The position numbers were made by a program, and so were the translations under genes. Of a DNA stretch of 29,000 nucleotides, positions 26,891 to 29,000 are shown in pieces. Location: positions 1-29,000 of the forward strand of contig CAXHJY010001143.1 in assembly GCA_964016885.1 (NCBI GenBank). Direction: 5' to 3'. Origin of the DNA: Eledone cirrhosa (lineage: Eukaryota). Each line of letters opens with the position of its first letter. Positions within the stretch are counted from its first letter, which is position 1. The notes under the pieces are model-generated. The model searched no databases and was not told where the DNA came from. It worked only from the letters and a program-made list of their open reading frames with translations.

Positions 26891-28060
26891 TCATCATCAT
26901 CATCATCATCATCAGCGTTTAACGTCCGTGTTCCACGCTTGCATGGGTTTGGACGGGGGTAGTCCCACTTGAGGCAAGAGTGATTGTCTTGCTCGCATAG
27001 GACTGTCTGGCAGGTTTTCTACAGTTGGATGCCCTTCCTAACACCAACCACATTTACAGTGTGGGTCTGGGAGGTTTTTACCGTGTTGCCTACACGGCCA
27101 CATTACAGCGTGGGACTGTGTGTTTTTTTGTCGTGACACCTACACGATCTCATTTGTTTCGGCCTCGATGGCGCGGCACCAACATAACTTTACATAGAAC
27201 GGGGTGGTGTGGATCGGGTGGGGGTGGTGGGACGGGGTGTATTTGTTAGAGATGCCTACTGGCTGGAGTAGGTTTTACTATATATTTAGGTAAGGCGGGT
27301 CTTCTCTGTTACTGAGTACCGCCAAAGGTCTCGGTCCAGTGACATTGTCTTGGAGAGGTGTAAGTGTGTGATGTCGGAGTTTATCAGCTCGTCCCAGTTT
27401 TTCTAGGTCTGCCTATTCCGTGACTACCGTCTATCTTTATTGCCCTGCACTTTGTTATACAGCTATCGACTTTCATGCGCATCACGTGTCCATACCAACG
27501 TAGCCTTCTCTCGAGTAAACAACATCTGATCCCTCTTATCTCTAATTTATTCCTTAGTTCGTTTATGCTTTGCCGTTCACGTATATTACTGTTACACATC
27601 CAGCGGAGCATGCAAGCTTCGTTCCTCTCTAGTCTGCGTATATCCTCTGCACACAATGCCCAGGTCTCACTGCCATGCAGCATTGCTGTTCGTATGCAGG
27701 CATCGTACAACCTGCCTTTCATTTTTAGTGAGAACCCTTTAGCAGCTAATAGTGGTATAAGCTCTCTGAACTTTTTCCAACCAGTTCTGACTCTAGCTAC
27801 AGTACTTTCAGAGCACCCTCCCCACTGCTGATTTTATCGCCCAGGTAACGGAAGCTGTCCACTATTTCTATAGAACCCTCTGCGCAATTGAAAGAGCTAG
27901 TAGTTGTGGGCACTTGCTGCTACTTATTGCACCAGAGCACCGGGCCACATGTAGAATCTGATGTTCTTAGTTAGCCTACCTGTGATCCCACTACATCTTT
28001 TATGCACCCATACTTTGCATTTAGGACATAAAATGGAGTTTCTACCTACGCTTTCCTACA
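26891..28060 (-). mobile_element. RTE LINE, 5'-truncated copy (RT C-terminus + 3' UTR)
   Basis: (TCA)8 tail; homologous to about 18209-19355; truncated inside the PHD finger; several 1-bp indels. Confidence 0.97.
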
Positions 28061-28095
28061 TATATATATATACATACATATATATATATACATAC

Positions 28096-28128
<33 letters not shown>

Positions 28129-28425
28129 CATACATATATATATACATACATATATATATACATACATATTATATATACATACATATATATATACAAACAT
28201 ATATATACATACATATATATATATACATACATTATATATATATACATACATATATATATACATACATATATATATATACATACATATATATATATACATA
28301 TATAGTATACATACATATATATATATACATACATATATATATACATACATACATACATATCATATATACATACATATATATACATACATACATATATATA
28401 TACATAACATATATATATACATATA

Positions 28426-28495
<70 letters not shown>

Positions 28496-29000
28496 ATTAT
28501 ATACACATACATATAATATATATACATACATATATAATATTTACATATATATATATACATACATATATATATATATACATACATATATATATATATACAT
28601 ACATATATATATATATACATACATATATATATATATATACATACATATATATATATACATACATATACTACATATATATACATACATATACATACATATA
28701 TATACATACATATACATACATACATATACATACATATATATACATATATACATACATATATATACATATATACATACATATATATACATTATACATACAA
28801 TACATATATATACATACATTATACTATATATATATACATATACATATATACATATACATAAATATACATATACATATATACATATATATACATATACATA
28901 TATACATATATACATATATACATATACATATATACATATATACATATACATATATACATATACATATATACAATCTATAATATATATATACATATATACA
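28061..29000. repeat. TA/TACA microsatellite array
   Basis: C-interrupted array continuing off the window. Confidence 0.99.

Overview
Eukaryotic, gene-free repeat graveyard; no host protein-coding gene is supported. The repeat families and giant (TA)n/(TACA)n arrays suggest an octopus-like cephalopod, which is inference. About 45% of the window is AT-dinucleotide microsatellite, and all the Y/I/M/C/V ORFs are artefacts of it. Embedded elements: (1) four copies of one RTE-clade LINE, including a near full-length + strand copy (about 14.8-19.4 kb) encoding APE endonuclease and reverse transcriptase with a PHD-type finger inside the RT and one in-frame stop, plus three 5'-truncated - strand copies; (2) two full-length copies of a ~610-bp non-autonomous bipartite RTE-like element; (3) a tRNA/CORE SINE sharing the LINE 3' tail; (4) a deleted maT/Tc1-mariner transposon and a MITE. 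The most notable signal is in the first 7.4 kb: three unrelated non-coding elements, each next to TA repeats and each carrying a type I hammerhead ribozyme fold. They are a head-to-head palindromic pair (686-1032), a variant-core CAGAAG(A/G) hammerhead with an inverted deleted partner (5778-6198), and a 631-nt monomer with 81-bp terminal redundancy and a canonical hammerhead (6670-7381), which looks like a retrozyme or Penelope-pLTR insertion. The microsatellite arrays also switch strand polarity (G-interrupted on the left, C-interrupted on the right) around the central LINE.
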